From Thermoleophilia bacterium (lineage in GTDB: Bacteria > Actinomycetota > Thermoleophilia > BMS3ABIN01): a DNA stretch of 64,000 bases. The stretch lies in NCBI GenBank assembly GCA_014859345.1, contig JACUUL010000002.1, positions 391 through 64,390 of the forward strand, written 5' to 3'. A program made the position numbers and the translations under genes. Below the pieces are notes generated by a model that was not told the origin of the DNA, did no database searches, and was given only the letters and a program-made list of their open reading frames with translations. This document shows, piece after piece, positions 21,048 to 31,278 of this stretch; within the stretch, counting starts at the first letter, position 1, and each line of letters begins with the position of its first letter.

Positions 21048-21554
21048 TCAGGCGGTCGCCTCGACAACACCCTGTTCTATGGAGTTTTCATCAACATAAC
21101 CTGTCCAGGCGCGCACCACCTGCCCATCGCTGTTGATGCAAACAACCGTGGGGGTTGCATTCACTGAGAGCAGGTCGGCCAGATCACCGTAACTCTGCGT
21201 ATCGGCGGCAAGGAAGGTATAAAAATCAACCTGCCCGTCGTACCTGTTCTCCACTGACCCGAAATATGAGCGAACCTGGGTGTCCGCGTAGGGAGACGCC
21301 ATGTAAAAAAGAATCACCACCGGACGGTTTGATTCCAGTGACTGCCTGATATCGGCCGGTGTCTGTTCCGTAGGAGTAACCTTCTTGCCGATAAGCTCCT
21401 CTACCTGGCCGACTTCCCCGGCCGGCATCCTCGTGCGACTGGGAACAGTGCCTGTCCCGACCTCCGCCGCTTCCTCTTCACCGCATCCCGCAAATAAAAA
21501 AACCACCAGCATCATAGCGAGCGTTGCGGCGGTCAGCTTAATGAATGTTCTCAT
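21048..21554 (-). CDS. Putative lipoprotein with a thioredoxin-like fold lacking CxxC
   Basis: Signal peptide with lipobox FAGC; RPVVILFY, LSVNATPTVV, WTGYVD; ATG 21554 chosen because the longer ORF overlaps the 6S RNA. Confidence 0.65.
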   Translation of the reverse strand: MRTFIKLTAATLAMMLVVFLFAGCGEEEAAEVGTGTVPSRTRMPAGEVGQVEELIGKKVTPTEQTPADIRQSLESNRPVVILFYMASPYADTQVRSYFGSVENRYDGQVDFYTFLAADTQSYGDLADLLSVNATPTVVCINSDGQVVRAWTGYVDENSIEQGVVEATA

Positions 21555-21573
21555 CTTCCCATTCTCCGTCAAA

Positions 21574-21731
21574 GAAAGCCCCACCCTGCCGTGTCTGTCT
21601 GTTTATTGAACCTGCTCCAGCAGGTGGGTGCCCGCTTCCCAGCTACCCTTGGACAGTTGGGAAAGTCCAGGCTCCCGAATACAATGTGTTGGCTCAATAA
21701 AGTCGCAGATCACGCACAAAGTCGAGCTTTC
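21574..21731 (-). ncRNA. ssrS: 6S RNA (SsrS)
   Basis: Rod-like fold: terminal GAAAGCTCGACTTTG/CAGGGTGGGGCTTTC, TTTATTGAGCC/GGTTCAATAAA, central bubble, GGGAGCC/GGCACCC, apical stem; GGCACCCACCTG...AGCAGGTTCAA resembles Firmicutes-type 6S; downstream of aspS. Confidence 0.85.
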
Positions 21732-21737
21732 ACCGAT

Positions 21738-21766
21738 ATAGTAGCACTGCTATTTGTTTTCGGCAA
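21738..21766 (-). promoter_or_regulatory. Sigma-A promoter of 6S RNA
   Basis: TTGCCG-17 nt-TACTAT with extended -10 TG; predicted start about 21731, the 5' end of the rod. Confidence 0.7.
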
Positions 21767-21920
21767 CATCTCCCAAAAACCTTTATCCGGATTGCAACCG
21801 TATTCTGTACTACGAAACCTTATACCGCCTGCTTATGCAGTTATTTGAGTTTCCTGGAAACTTTTTTTCAAAAACCCTCCGGGGCCATCCATCCGGAAAA
21901 AAAGATTTTTAACCGCAGCC

Positions 21921-23672
21921 TTATTTCAGTCTGATTCTCAGTTCCCTGAGCTGACCCGGCTCGACCGGGGCAGGAGCGCCGGTCAGCGGGCAGCCGCCGC
22001 TTTGGGTCTTGGGAAAGGCGATCACGTCCCGGATTGTGCCCAGTCCGGCCATCAGCATGACCAGCCGGTCGAGGCCAAAGGCGAGACCGCCGTGAGGCGG
22101 GGCACCGTATCTGAGTGCTTCCAGCAGGAAACCAAAGTCCTCCTCCATCTTGTGTTCTTCATGGCCCAGAATCCGCAGAATCTTGCGCTGCAGGCCGGGT
22201 TTGTGGATCCGCAGTCCCCCGCTGGCTATCTCGACCCCGTTTAGCACCAGGTCGTAGAGGCTGCCTCTTACCAGCAACGGATCGCTGTCGAGATGCTTGA
22301 CGGTCGACTCCGTGGGCAGCGTGAAGGGATGATGCTCGGCCACGATGTCTCCGGTATCCTCGTCCAGCTTGAACATGGGAAAATCGGTTACCCAGAGGAA
22401 GCTCCATCCTTCGCGGATGAGCCCCAGGTCCTTTCCCAGCCGGTGCCTGAGCGCGCCCAGCACCGGCGCCGCGACCAGATCGGAATCCGCGACAAACAAT
22501 ATCAGATCCCCTTCCTGCGCGGCCGTGGCCTCGAGAACGGCACCGGTCTCCCCGGGCGACAGGAATTTCGCGACAGGGGATGAAACCAGCAGCTTCTCTC
22601 CCACTGACAGCCAGGCCAGCCCCTTGGCGCCTTCACTTATGGCGAAATCGGTGAGCTCGTCCACCTCCCTGCGGGTGTAGGAGCCGGCGCCCGGGGCCTT
22701 CAGGGCCCGGATGACGCCGCCGCCCTCGAGAGCCCTGGCAAATACGCCGAATCCGGTTCCCTGGAAGATCTCAGAAACCTCGACGATAGGCATGCCAAAC
22801 CGCAGATCCGGTTTGTCCGAGCCGTAATTGAGCATGGCGTCGTCATAGGTCATCAGCGGGAAGGGAAGATTCAGTTGAGTGTCCAGGACCTCGCCAAACA
22901 GCGCGAAGAGCATCTCCTCTACCATCGAAATGATCGCCGGCACCGTCATGAACGACATTTCCAGGTCCACCTGGGTGTGCTCGGGCTGGCGGTCGGCGCG
23001 CAGATCCTCGTCCCGGAAAGCGTGGGCGAACTGATAATAGCGGTCCAGGCCCGATACCATCAGCAGCTGCTTGAAAAGCTGCGGAGACTGGGGCAGGGCA
23101 TAGAACTTCTCCGGCTGCAGGCGGCAGGGCACCAGGAAATCGCGAGCCCCTTCCGGGGTGCTCTTGGTGAGCACAGGGGTTTCCACCTCGGTGAAGCCAT
23201 GTCTGTCAAGGAAGCGGCGCATCGATGAGGCCACGCGATGCCTGAGCAAGATATTTTCCCGCATCTGCTCGCGCCTCAGGTCGATATAACGGTATTTGAG
23301 ACGCAGGTTCTCGTCCACGTCTGTCCGCTCTTCCACGCTGAAAGGAGGTGTCTCGGAGTGATTGAGAATCTCCACATCAGTCACATTGACCTCGATCTCT
23401 CCCGTGACCAGGTCAGGGTTGACGGTCTCGGCAGGACGGGCTGCCACGGAACCCTCTATTCTCACCACATCCTCGGGTCTCAGGGAGTGGCCAACGGAGT
23501 GAACCTCGCCGGAGTGCTCAGGATCGAACACGATCTGCACCAGTCCGGAGATGTCGCGCAAGTCGATGAATACAAGCCCGCCGTGGTCACGGCGCCGGTG
23601 CACCCAACCGCAGAGAGTAACCCGCGCACCCGTGTCTTCCTTTTTGAGCTTGCCGCAATAATGAGTCCGCAT
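21921..23672 (-). CDS. aspS: Aspartate--tRNA ligase (probably non-discriminating)
   Basis: MRTHYCG, GWVHRRRDHGGLVFIDLRD, STPEGARDFLVP, LPQSPQLFKQLLM, GAPPHGGLAFGLDR; RDHGG is typical of the ND type. Confidence 0.96.
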   Translation of the reverse strand: MRTHYCGKLKKEDTGARVTLCGWVHRRRDHGGLVFIDLRDISGLVQIVFDPEHSGEVHSVGHSLRPEDVVRIEGSVAARPAETVNPDLVTGEIEVNVTDVEILNHSETPPFSVEERTDVDENLRLKYRYIDLRREQMRENILLRHRVASSMRRFLDRHGFTEVETPVLTKSTPEGARDFLVPCRLQPEKFYALPQSPQLFKQLLMVSGLDRYYQFAHAFRDEDLRADRQPEHTQVDLEMSFMTVPAIISMVEEMLFALFGEVLDTQLNLPFPLMTYDDAMLNYGSDKPDLRFGMPIVEVSEIFQGTGFGVFARALEGGGVIRALKAPGAGSYTRREVDELTDFAISEGAKGLAWLSVGEKLLVSSPVAKFLSPGETGAVLEATAAQEGDLILFVADSDLVAAPVLGALRHRLGKDLGLIREGWSFLWVTDFPMFKLDEDTGDIVAEHHPFTLPTESTVKHLDSDPLLVRGSLYDLVLNGVEIASGGLRIHKPGLQRKILRILGHEEHKMEEDFGFLLEALRYGAPPHGGLAFGLDRLVMLMAGLGTIRDVIAFPKTQSGGCPLTGAPAPVEPGQLRELRIRLK

Positions 23673-23803
23673 ACGCTGTTCCTTCTGGCTGTCCTCGATT
23701 AAAAAGCACATCCCTCGCGGCTTCTCGGGATCGCATGTTATTGCATTTTTGGTATCTTCCCGCTCCGTGACCACATGCTCAACCGGAAACGGAAACCCGA
23801 AGC

Positions 23804-25063
23804 CTATTCTCTCAGCTTACCCGCCAGGAATTCCACCACGGCGTCCAGGTCCACCTGCTCCTGCCCGCGGGTATGCATGTCCCTGACAGTGGCGACCCCT
23901 GCCGAAAGCTCCTCTTCCCCCAGGATTACGGCGTACCGGGCTCCCAGCCGCGCCGCCTGCTTCATCTGGCCCGTGGCCTTGCGCCCGGCGTACTCGATGT
24001 CGGCTGCTATCCCCAGTCCCCTGACCTGATCGAGCGCCGCCATTCCCGCCGAACGAGCCCGTTCGTCCAGTATCATGAAATACACTTCGACCCCCGTCGG
24101 TTCGGGCCGGGCGCCTTCCGATTGCAGAGCCAGCACGATCCTTTCCATGCCGGTGCCGAACCCGGCCGCCGGGGCCGGCCTTCCACCCATCTCGGCGACC
24201 AGGTTGTCATAGCGGCCGCCGCCGCCTATGCCCTTCTGGGCTCCCAGACGGGCGCATTCATACTCGAACGTGGTGCGGGTGTAATAATCAAAACCGCGCA
24301 CCAGGGTTCCATCGACGCGGTAGACGATCCCGAGGGCGTCCAGAAGGCTCCTGACATTCTGGAAATGTTGCTGACAGGCATCGCAGAGGTTGTCAACCAG
24401 TTGAGGCGCGGACCTGAGCAGGGCCAGACACTGTTCATCCTTGCAGTCGAAGACCCGCAGGGGATTGAGGCGGGCCCGCTCCCGGCATTCACGGCAGAGC
24501 CCTTCCGAGATGCTCATCAGATAGTTCGAAAGTTTTTCGATATATGCCGGGCGGCATGTGTCATCGCCCATGCTGCTGAGCCTGAGCTTTACTTCCGGCA
24601 CGCCCAGGGACTGGTACAGACGAGACAGCATCACGATCAGCTCCGCGTCCAGGGCGGGCTCCGTCGAGCCGATCGCCTCACAACCGAGCTGGTAATGTTC
24701 ACGGTACCGGCCGGCCTGGGGACGCTCGAACCTGTACATCCTCTCGTAGTACCACAACTTTACCGGCTGGGGAAGCCTGTGCATCCCGTGCTGCACGTAG
24801 GAGCGCACTACCGGCGCCGTACCCTCAGGCTTGAGAGTGAGGCTGCGGCCGCCCTTGTCCTCAAAGGTGTACATCTCTTTGCGAACAATGTCGGATGACG
24901 TTCCCACGCCCCGCACAAAAAGGTCGGTATCCTCAAAAGCCGGTGTGTTGATGCGGCCATAACCCGCCGTTTCAAAAAGCTGCTCTGCCGCGGTGATGAT
25001 CCTCCGCCTCAGGGGCTGCGCGTCCGGCAGCACGTCATATGTTCCCTTCGGTCCCTGCATCAA
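23804..25063 (-). CDS. hisS: Histidine--tRNA ligase
   Basis: PKGTYD, DIVRKEMYTF, LKPEGTA, RFERPQAGRYR, LVRGFDYYTRT, GGGRYDNL. Confidence 0.96.
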   Translation of the reverse strand: MMQGPKGTYDVLPDAQPLRRRIITAAEQLFETAGYGRINTPAFEDTDLFVRGVGTSSDIVRKEMYTFEDKGGRSLTLKPEGTAPVVRSYVQHGMHRLPQPVKLWYYERMYRFERPQAGRYREHYQLGCEAIGSTEPALDAELIVMLSRLYQSLGVPEVKLRLSSMGDDTCRPAYIEKLSNYLMSISEGLCRECRERARLNPLRVFDCKDEQCLALLRSAPQLVDNLCDACQQHFQNVRSLLDALGIVYRVDGTLVRGFDYYTRTTFEYECARLGAQKGIGGGGRYDNLVAEMGGRPAPAAGFGTGMERIVLALQSEGARPEPTGVEVYFMILDERARSAGMAALDQVRGLGIAADIEYAGRKATGQMKQAARLGARYAVILGEEELSAGVATVRDMHTRGQEQVDLDAVVEFLAGKLRE

Positions 25064-25695
25064 GCCAGGCCGGTGAGGAACGGGTTTGTCTCCCGTTCCC
25101 GCCCGAGAGTGGTGGAGCTGCCGTGCCCGGGATAAACGGCCGTATCCGGAGGATACGCCTCGATGAGCTTGCGCACGGAAGCCTCAAGCTCCTCCAAAGA
25201 GCCGCCGGGGAGATCTGTGCGGCCGATGGAACCCCGGAATAGCAGGTCTCCACAAAAAAGACTGCCCATGACGTAGAAGGTGACCGACCCGGGAGTGTGG
25301 CCCGGAGTGGTGACGGCCGTTACTGACATGGCGCCGATATTAAGATCCTCATCCCCATGGATGACGTGATCCATCGCGGCCGGCTCGAAGCCGGGCATCC
25401 CGGGGAAAAGGACGTGCCTTTGCGGATCGGCAAGCGTTTCCCGGGCTTCGGAGGTGCCATAGATAGCCGCGCCGGTTGCCCGCGCCACTTCAGCGGCTCC
25501 TCCCAGATGATCGGCATGGCCGTGGGTGAGCAATATTCCTGCCAGTTCGGCGCCTGAGGTTTTTACCACCTCCAGGATCTGCTCGTGATCGCCCCCGGGG
25601 TCGATGATGATGCCCGAGCCTGGGCCCGGATCGTATACAAAGTGACAATTAGCCTGCAAAGGGCCTACAGGTATGGTTACCAGCCTGGCGCTTAT
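25060..25695 (-). CDS. MBL-fold metallo-hydrolase (glyoxalase II-like)
   Basis: IIDPGG, THGHADHLGG, TPGHTPG, GDLLFRGSIGRTDLPGG, YPGHG; start placed at ATA 25695 after GGAGG (see findings). Confidence 0.88.
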   Translation of the reverse strand: MSARLVTIPVGPLQANCHFVYDPGPGSGIIIDPGGDHEQILEVVKTSGAELAGILLTHGHADHLGGAAEVARATGAAIYGTSEARETLADPQRHVLFPGMPGFEPAAMDHVIHGDEDLNIGAMSVTAVTTPGHTPGSVTFYVMGSLFCGDLLFRGSIGRTDLPGGSLEELEASVRKLIEAYPPDTAVYPGHGSSTTLGRERETNPFLTGLA

Positions 25696-25782
25696 TTGAG
25701 CCTCCGGGAGATATGATTTTCAGAAACTGTTTAAAGCTAACACATGACGGCATGGGGCGGCTACCCCGGGACACGGCGCGGC

Positions 25783-27096
25783 TCAGGCAATAAACAGCGG
25801 CTTAACGGTAACGGGTTCGGCGCCCACAACATATGCCGCCGTGATTCGCCTGACCGCTTCCCCGGCGGCTGCGCGGTCGCGTGCGTAGATCGTGGCCAGG
25901 ACATGGCCGGCGGAGACGCCGTCTCCTGTCCGGGCACGAAATACGCCGCCTACGCCATGATCAACGCTTTCATCGCGCCGCAGGCGGCCGGCCCCCAGAA
26001 GCTGGACAGCCCGTCCTGCCGCCAGCGCATCCACAGACTGGACATATCCGGAAGATTCCGACTTTACATGCGCTGTCACCGGGGCCAGCTCCAGACTGCC
26101 GGGGTCGTCGATGAAGCTGATGTCTCCACCCTGGGACGATATCCACTGGCTGAACTTCGCCAGCGCTGTTCCGTCTTCCAGGACACGCCGGGCCTCCGCA
26201 GCCGCGGCTGGTCCCTCCCACTCTTCTCCCGAGATGGTAAGCAGCCGCGCCGCCAGGGCAATGACCACCTCGGCCAGGTCCGCAGACCCCTGTCCTTTAA
26301 GCGTCTTTACCGCCTCCAGGACCTCCAGGGCGTTGCCGGCCGCATTGCCAAGAGGCTGGTCCATGGATGTCATGACACACTCGACCCTGACTCCGCGGGC
26401 CCGGCCGATGCTCTCCATCAGGCGGGCTGCCGGAACGGCCTGCTCCCGGTTGCCGAAAAGGGCGCCACGTCCCACTTTCAGGTCAATGACGACAGCGCCG
26501 GCTCCGCCGGCAATCTTCTTGCTCATGATGCTGGCAGCCACCAGGGGATCCGACTCGACGGTGGCGGTCACGTCCCGGAGGGCGTAGAGCCCGTCGTCAG
26601 CCGGCGCCATGGCGCCCTGTCCCGCTACGCATATGCCTGTCTTCCGTATCTGGCTGACGAACTCCTGGTGCGTCAGCCCGGTCCGGAAACCTGGAATAGA
26701 TTCAAGCTTGTCCACCGTGCCGCCGGTATGACCCAGCCCGCGGCCGGATAGCTTGGCGAAGGCGACCCCGCAGGCCGCCACCACCGGCCCCAGAACAAGC
26801 GTCACCGTATCGCCCACTCCCCCGGTGCTGTGCTTGTCCACTGCCGGCGTCTCCAGTTCGGAAAGGTCCATGCGCTCCCCTGAATCTACCAGGGCGTCGG
26901 TCAGCGCCAGTACCTCTTCGAAAGACATCCCCTTAAAAAACACGGCCATCAGCCAGGCGGTTACCTGATACTCAGGAACTTCCCCGTTCAAATATCCATT
27001 CACAAGATATGCGATCTCATCCGCGGAGAGCTCATGGCCGTCCCGTTTTCGCCTGATTATGTCAACCATGTGCATTTTACGTCCAACCAAGCTCAC
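25783..27096 (-). CDS. pdp: Pyrimidine-nucleoside/thymidine phosphorylase
   Basis: IIRRKRDG, DKHSTGGVGD, KLSGRGLGHTGGTVDKLESIPGF, ASIMSKKIAGG; start may be a few codons downstream. Confidence 0.95.
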   Translation of the reverse strand: MSLVGRKMHMVDIIRRKRDGHELSADEIAYLVNGYLNGEVPEYQVTAWLMAVFFKGMSFEEVLALTDALVDSGERMDLSELETPAVDKHSTGGVGDTVTLVLGPVVAACGVAFAKLSGRGLGHTGGTVDKLESIPGFRTGLTHQEFVSQIRKTGICVAGQGAMAPADDGLYALRDVTATVESDPLVAASIMSKKIAGGAGAVVIDLKVGRGALFGNREQAVPAARLMESIGRARGVRVECVMTSMDQPLGNAAGNALEVLEAVKTLKGQGSADLAEVVIALAARLLTISGEEWEGPAAAAEARRVLEDGTALAKFSQWISSQGGDISFIDDPGSLELAPVTAHVKSESSGYVQSVDALAAGRAVQLLGAGRLRRDESVDHGVGGVFRARTGDGVSAGHVLATIYARDRAAAGEAVRRITAAYVVGAEPVTVKPLFIA

Positions 27097-27153
27097 CGGT
27101 TATCGCGAAACATTTCATGTAATCATATTTTCTTTATCCGGGTAGAACAATTT

Positions 27154-27711
27154 ATGCTTCAGATACCCAAAGAGAGTAGCGTTCAACTGCCTCTGATCAC
27201 GGGTGTGGCTTTCATCGCCCTGGGGTTTTTCTTTTTTGAAAGCCTGGGTGCGTTTCTCGGCCACTATGCTTCAGATATCAGGCAGTGGCAGATTGAGGAG
27301 ATTCAGGCCCGTCCGGAATCGATCATGCAGGACGGGTATCCCATCTATACCGTCGAGCAGGCGGCCAACATCGGCGCCAGGCGGCTTACCTTTTTCCACG
27401 GACATGGCTATCTCATGGTGCTGGCGACATCTGTCTTTTTGATACTGATCGCCCTGGCGCCGGGAGTTAAGCCAAGAATAAAGGGAATCCTCATGTGGGT
27501 GAGCCTGATCGCCATGCTCATGTACAACATAGGCTGGGGCGTGTCGGGTATGCTGTTGCCCTACCTGGGAGTTGAGGAATCTAAGACGTTATCCGAACGC
27601 CTGTTTTTCATCCCGTTTGGCTTGACCATTGTCGTTGTGACCGGCATCATCGCTTTCGTTTACGGTGTTTACGCGATCAGGATTTTCAAAAACAGGAAAA
27701 TTATCAAATGA
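27154..27711 (+). CDS. Hypothetical 4-TM membrane protein with an FHGHG motif
   Basis: Four hydrophobic segments, plausible codon usage, inserted in opposite orientation between pdp and deoB. Confidence 0.7.
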   Translation: MLQIPKESSVQLPLITGVAFIALGFFFFESLGAFLGHYASDIRQWQIEEIQARPESIMQDGYPIYTVEQAANIGARRLTFFHGHGYLMVLATSVFLILIALAPGVKPRIKGILMWVSLIAMLMYNIGWGVSGMLLPYLGVEESKTLSERLFFIPFGLTIVVVTGIIAFVYGVYAIRIFKNRKIIK

Positions 27712-27718
27712 TGACAGC

Positions 27719-29017
27719 CTAAGCCGCCTCACCCACCGCCAAAAACGGCCGGCCGGGCATCTTGATCGCTTCGGCGACTTCCAGACGTCGCCCGGTGAAG
27801 AACTCGAGGACCGAAGCGCCTACATCGGCCATCTCCCCGTAATAGGGGCTCTCCGGAAGCACTGCTCTTTCCTTCCGCGGGAGTCCGGCGGACTCGGACC
27901 GGAAAAGCGGGCCTCCCGGCGAGAAGAAGTCGCCGCCCAGCCTCGCCAGCAGCGGCACGTACTCGCGGGTATGGTCGGTGCCTGCGTGCAGCGGATCGCA
28001 GCCGTGATCGGCAGTCACGATCAGCAGGTCCCCGGACCGGCAAGCGGCGATTATCCCGGGAATAGCCGCGTCGAACTCCTCCAGGCCCGCGGCAAAACCG
28101 GCCGCATCATTTCGATGGCCCCAAAGCATGTCGAAATCAACCAGATTGGTAAAGATGAGTCCCTCTTCGAGCTCACTGAGAAGGGAAATGGATTTCTCGA
28201 TCCCCTCGGCGTTTGTCCGGGTCGTGTGCTCAAACCCGACGCCTGATTCCGCATAGATCTGAAAGATCTTGCCCACGCCATGAACCGGCACGCCTATCTC
28301 GCTCAGGATGTTCAAATACGTCCTTGGCGGCGGCAGAGAAAAATCCCGCCGTTTCTTGGTGCGGACAAAGCTCCCCGGTCCGCCGGTAAACGGCCTGGCA
28401 ATCACCCGCGCCACCGCGTGCTCGCCAGTAAGGATGTCCCTGGCAATCCGGCAATATCTGTAGAGTTGTTCTACCGGGACAGCATCCTCATGGGCCGCCA
28501 CCTGGAAGACACTGTCGGCTGATGTGTAGACGATGAGATCCCCGGTCTTCAGATGCTCAACCCCGAGTTCACGGATGATCTCCGTCCCGGAAGCCGGTTT
28601 GTTGCCCAATACGCCGCGGCCGGTTTCATTTATGAACTTGTCGATGACCTCGGGAGGAAAACCCTGGGGATAGACGGGAAAAGGCCTGCTGCTGATGACA
28701 CCCATCAGCTCCCAGTGGCCCACCGTGGTGTCTTTGCCGCGAGACCGCTCCTCGAGCCTGCCATACAGCGCCTGGGGCCGCGGCACCGGTGGCTGCCCTT
28801 TCAACGGTATGATGTTTCCCAGCCCCAGCGCTCCCAGGTTCGGCAGATTGAGTCCACCCACCTCCTCCGCCACATGGGCCAGCGTGTTGGCCCCGGCATC
28901 CCCGAATTCCTCAGCGTCCGGAAGCGCGCCGGCTCCAACGCCATCCAGGGTGATGAGAAGGCAGCGGCCCCTGCGTCTGAGGCGGCGCCTGCTAAGGAGC
29001 CACAGGGGATTGAGCAT
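27719..29017 (-). CDS. deoB: Phosphopentomutase
   Basis: [67 protein letters not shown]. Confidence 0.95.
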   Translation of the reverse strand: MLNPLWLLSRRRLRRRGRCLLITLDGVGAGALPDAEEFGDAGANTLAHVAEEVGGLNLPNLGALGLGNIIPLKGQPPVPRPQALYGRLEERSRGKDTTVGHWELMGVISSRPFPVYPQGFPPEVIDKFINETGRGVLGNKPASGTEIIRELGVEHLKTGDLIVYTSADSVFQVAAHEDAVPVEQLYRYCRIARDILTGEHAVARVIARPFTGGPGSFVRTKKRRDFSLPPPRTYLNILSEIGVPVHGVGKIFQIYAESGVGFEHTTRTNAEGIEKSISLLSELEEGLIFTNLVDFDMLWGHRNDAAGFAAGLEEFDAAIPGIIAACRSGDLLIVTADHGCDPLHAGTDHTREYVPLLARLGGDFFSPGGPLFRSESAGLPRKERAVLPESPYYGEMADVGASVLEFFTGRRLEVAEAIKMPGRPFLAVGEAA

Positions 29018-29966
29018 CTTTTGCTTTCCGGGCGCGGGGGTGCGAGCGAAAATAGGTGTCGCGAAGGCGCTGCCTGCTTAAATGTGTGTAGATCTGGGTG
29101 GTGGATACGTCGGCATGGCCGAGCATCTCCTGCACGCTTCTCAAATCGGCGCCTCCCGCCAGCATGTGCGTGGCGAAGCTGTGCCTGAGAGTGTGGGGAG
29201 TGACGTTCTTTTCCAGGCCCGCCTTTTTCGCGTAATTTGCCAGCATCTTGTGCACGCTCTGCCGCGTGATCCCTTTTCCGAAACGGTTCAGGAACATATG
29301 GCCTGTCTTGATCCCCTTGCCCAGGCGCGGCCGCCCCTGCCCCAGATACCTCTTAATGGCCGCCAGCGCGGGATCGCCCAGTGGCAGCATCCGTTCCTTC
29401 GAACCCTTGCCCATGCACCTGACAAACCCGGCCTCGAAGTCTACATCCGTGACCAGAAGCCCGGTGAGCTCGGATACCCTGAGGCCGGCCGAGTAAAGCA
29501 GCTCCATGATGGCGGTGTCGCGAAGCGGCCCGGGCCTCAAACCTGCGGGCTGCGCCAGAAGCAGCTTCACCTCGCCGGCGTTGAGCACGGTGGGAAGGCG
29601 CTGCTCGCGGCGCGGCGAAATCAGCGTCGCCGTAGGATCATCGGTCGCCAGGCCCTCGCGGCACAAAAAGCGATGGAAATTCTTTAGCACGCTGGTCTTG
29701 CGGGCGATGGTGGCGCTGGCCGGCGCGCTCTCCTCAATCAGCCTGTCGAGGAATTGCCGCACCACCCGGATGCTCGCCTCAGTGGTCATCACATCCTGTT
29801 CCGCGAGAAAATTGCTGTACTGGCTCAAATCGCGGCGATAGGAGGAAATGGTATTGTCAGACAGGCCGCGTTCGAACTGAAGATAGGCCAGGAACTCCTC
29901 GACAAGAGGATCTCCTGCCTGTTGAGACAGGGCCATCCGCTGGGGATTTTTGATCTGGATGTCCAT
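28992..29966 (-). CDS. xerD: Site-specific tyrosine recombinase XerD
   Basis: [70 protein letters not shown]; conserved nudix-ald-xerD context. Confidence 0.93.
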   Translation of the reverse strand: MDIQIKNPQRMALSQQAGDPLVEEFLAYLQFERGLSDNTISSYRRDLSQYSNFLAEQDVMTTEASIRVVRQFLDRLIEESAPASATIARKTSVLKNFHRFLCREGLATDDPTATLISPRREQRLPTVLNAGEVKLLLAQPAGLRPGPLRDTAIMELLYSAGLRVSELTGLLVTDVDFEAGFVRCMGKGSKERMLPLGDPALAAIKRYLGQGRPRLGKGIKTGHMFLNRFGKGITRQSVHKMLANYAKKAGLEKNVTPHTLRHSFATHMLAGGADLRSVQEMLGHADVSTTQIYTHLSRQRLRDTYFRSHPRARKAKDAQSPVAP

Positions 29967-30153
29967 AAATGTCCGCTTTAAGATTCCATGCGATGCCGAA
30001 ACTTCCTTTATTGAAGGCGATCCCCGTGCCTCCATCATGTATTTACGATGGCTGTCATCGAGCCGGCATCTGGCAGGCAGCCAGGGACAGATATAAAGGT
30101 TACTTCCCAAGCCGGGGACAACAGATGACGACAGGCTGGATTGCCCGCCCGGC

Positions 30154-31278
30154 TCAGAGGCTGAAGGGCACGATGCTGGAGATGGGATAATGAGGCACGC
30201 CCAGGGATTCGGCCACAGCCTGGTTGGGTATCTTGCCCTCCATCACATTGACGCCCTTGGCCAGCGCCGGGTTATCAACGATGGCGGCATTTACGCCTCT
30301 GGACGCGATGGCAATGACATAAGGCAAGGTGGCGTTGGTGAGCGCGTATGTGGACGTGATCGGCACGGCGCCGGGAATGTTGGCCACGCAGTAGTGGATA
30401 ACGTCATGCACCATGTATGTCGGCTCGCTGTGGGTGGTCACCCGTGAGGTCTCGGAGATGCCGCCCTGATCGATGGAGACATCGACGATGACCGAATGGG
30501 GCACCATCTGCTCCACCATCTTTTCCGTAATCAGTTTGGGCGTCCGGGCTCCGGGAACAAGCACCGCTGAGATCACCAGATCCGCGCTGAGTACATATTC
30601 CTCAACCGAAAGCGCAGTAGATGACACGGTTGTCAGCCGCCCCGAGACGTATGCCTGCAGGGTGCGAAGGTGGTCGAGGCTTTTGTCGAGCACGACCACA
30701 TTGGCCAGCATGCCGGCGGCAATCTTGGCGGCATTGGTGCCGACGATGCCGGCGCCCAGTATGACTACCTTGGCCGGCGGCACCCCCGCCACGCCGCCCA
30801 GGAGGATGCCTCGGCCGCCGATCATTTTTTCCAGAAAATACGCTCCCACCTGGGCTGACATGCGTCCGGCGATCTCGCTCATGGGGGCCAGCAGCGGCAG
30901 ACCGCCGCCGGGCAGTTCCACCGTCTCGTAAGCGATGCACGTGGCGCCGGATTCCATGAGCTGGCGCGCCAGTTCCGGCTGGGGAGCCAGATGCATGAAC
31001 GAGAACATCGTATGAGTGGACTTGAGTAGCGGGATCTCCCGCTGCGAAGGGTCCTTGACCTTGACGATCAGCTCCGCCCCTTCAAACAGTTCTTCAATAG
31101 TCTCCACCAGGGTGCCGCCCTGGTTTCTGTAGGAATCATCCGGAAGCTTGCTGCCCTCACCGGCGCCTTTCTGGATCAGAACCTTGTGTCCGGCGCCGGT
31201 CAGCTCTCGCACCCCGGCGGGAGTGATCGCGACACGATATTCGTCCATCTCAACTTCTTTGGGGACGCCGATGATCAT
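30154..31278 (-). CDS. ald: Alanine dehydrogenase
   Basis: MIIGVPKE, EYRVAITP, LPLLAPMSEIAGR, DVSIDQGG, HYCVANIPGAVP. Confidence 0.95.
   Translation of the reverse strand: MIIGVPKEVEMDEYRVAITPAGVRELTGAGHKVLIQKGAGEGSKLPDDSYRNQGGTLVETIEELFEGAELIVKVKDPSQREIPLLKSTHTMFSFMHLAPQPELARQLMESGATCIAYETVELPGGGLPLLAPMSEIAGRMSAQVGAYFLEKMIGGRGILLGGVAGVPPAKVVILGAGIVGTNAAKIAAGMLANVVVLDKSLDHLRTLQAYVSGRLTTVSSTALSVEEYVLSADLVISAVLVPGARTPKLITEKMVEQMVPHSVIVDVSIDQGGISETSRVTTHSEPTYMVHDVIHYCVANIPGAVPITSTYALTNATLPYVIAIASRGVNAAIVDNPALAKGVNVMEGKIPNQAVAESLGVPHYPISSIVPFSL

Noticed and set aside
21591-21848. 85-aa plus-strand ORF
   Set aside because: Overlaps the 6S RNA and its promoter in antisense and has no protein features.
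28992-29966. Tyrosine recombinase as a prophage or ICE integrase
   Set aside because: Sequence and context match housekeeping XerD; no att repeats or mobile cargo nearby.
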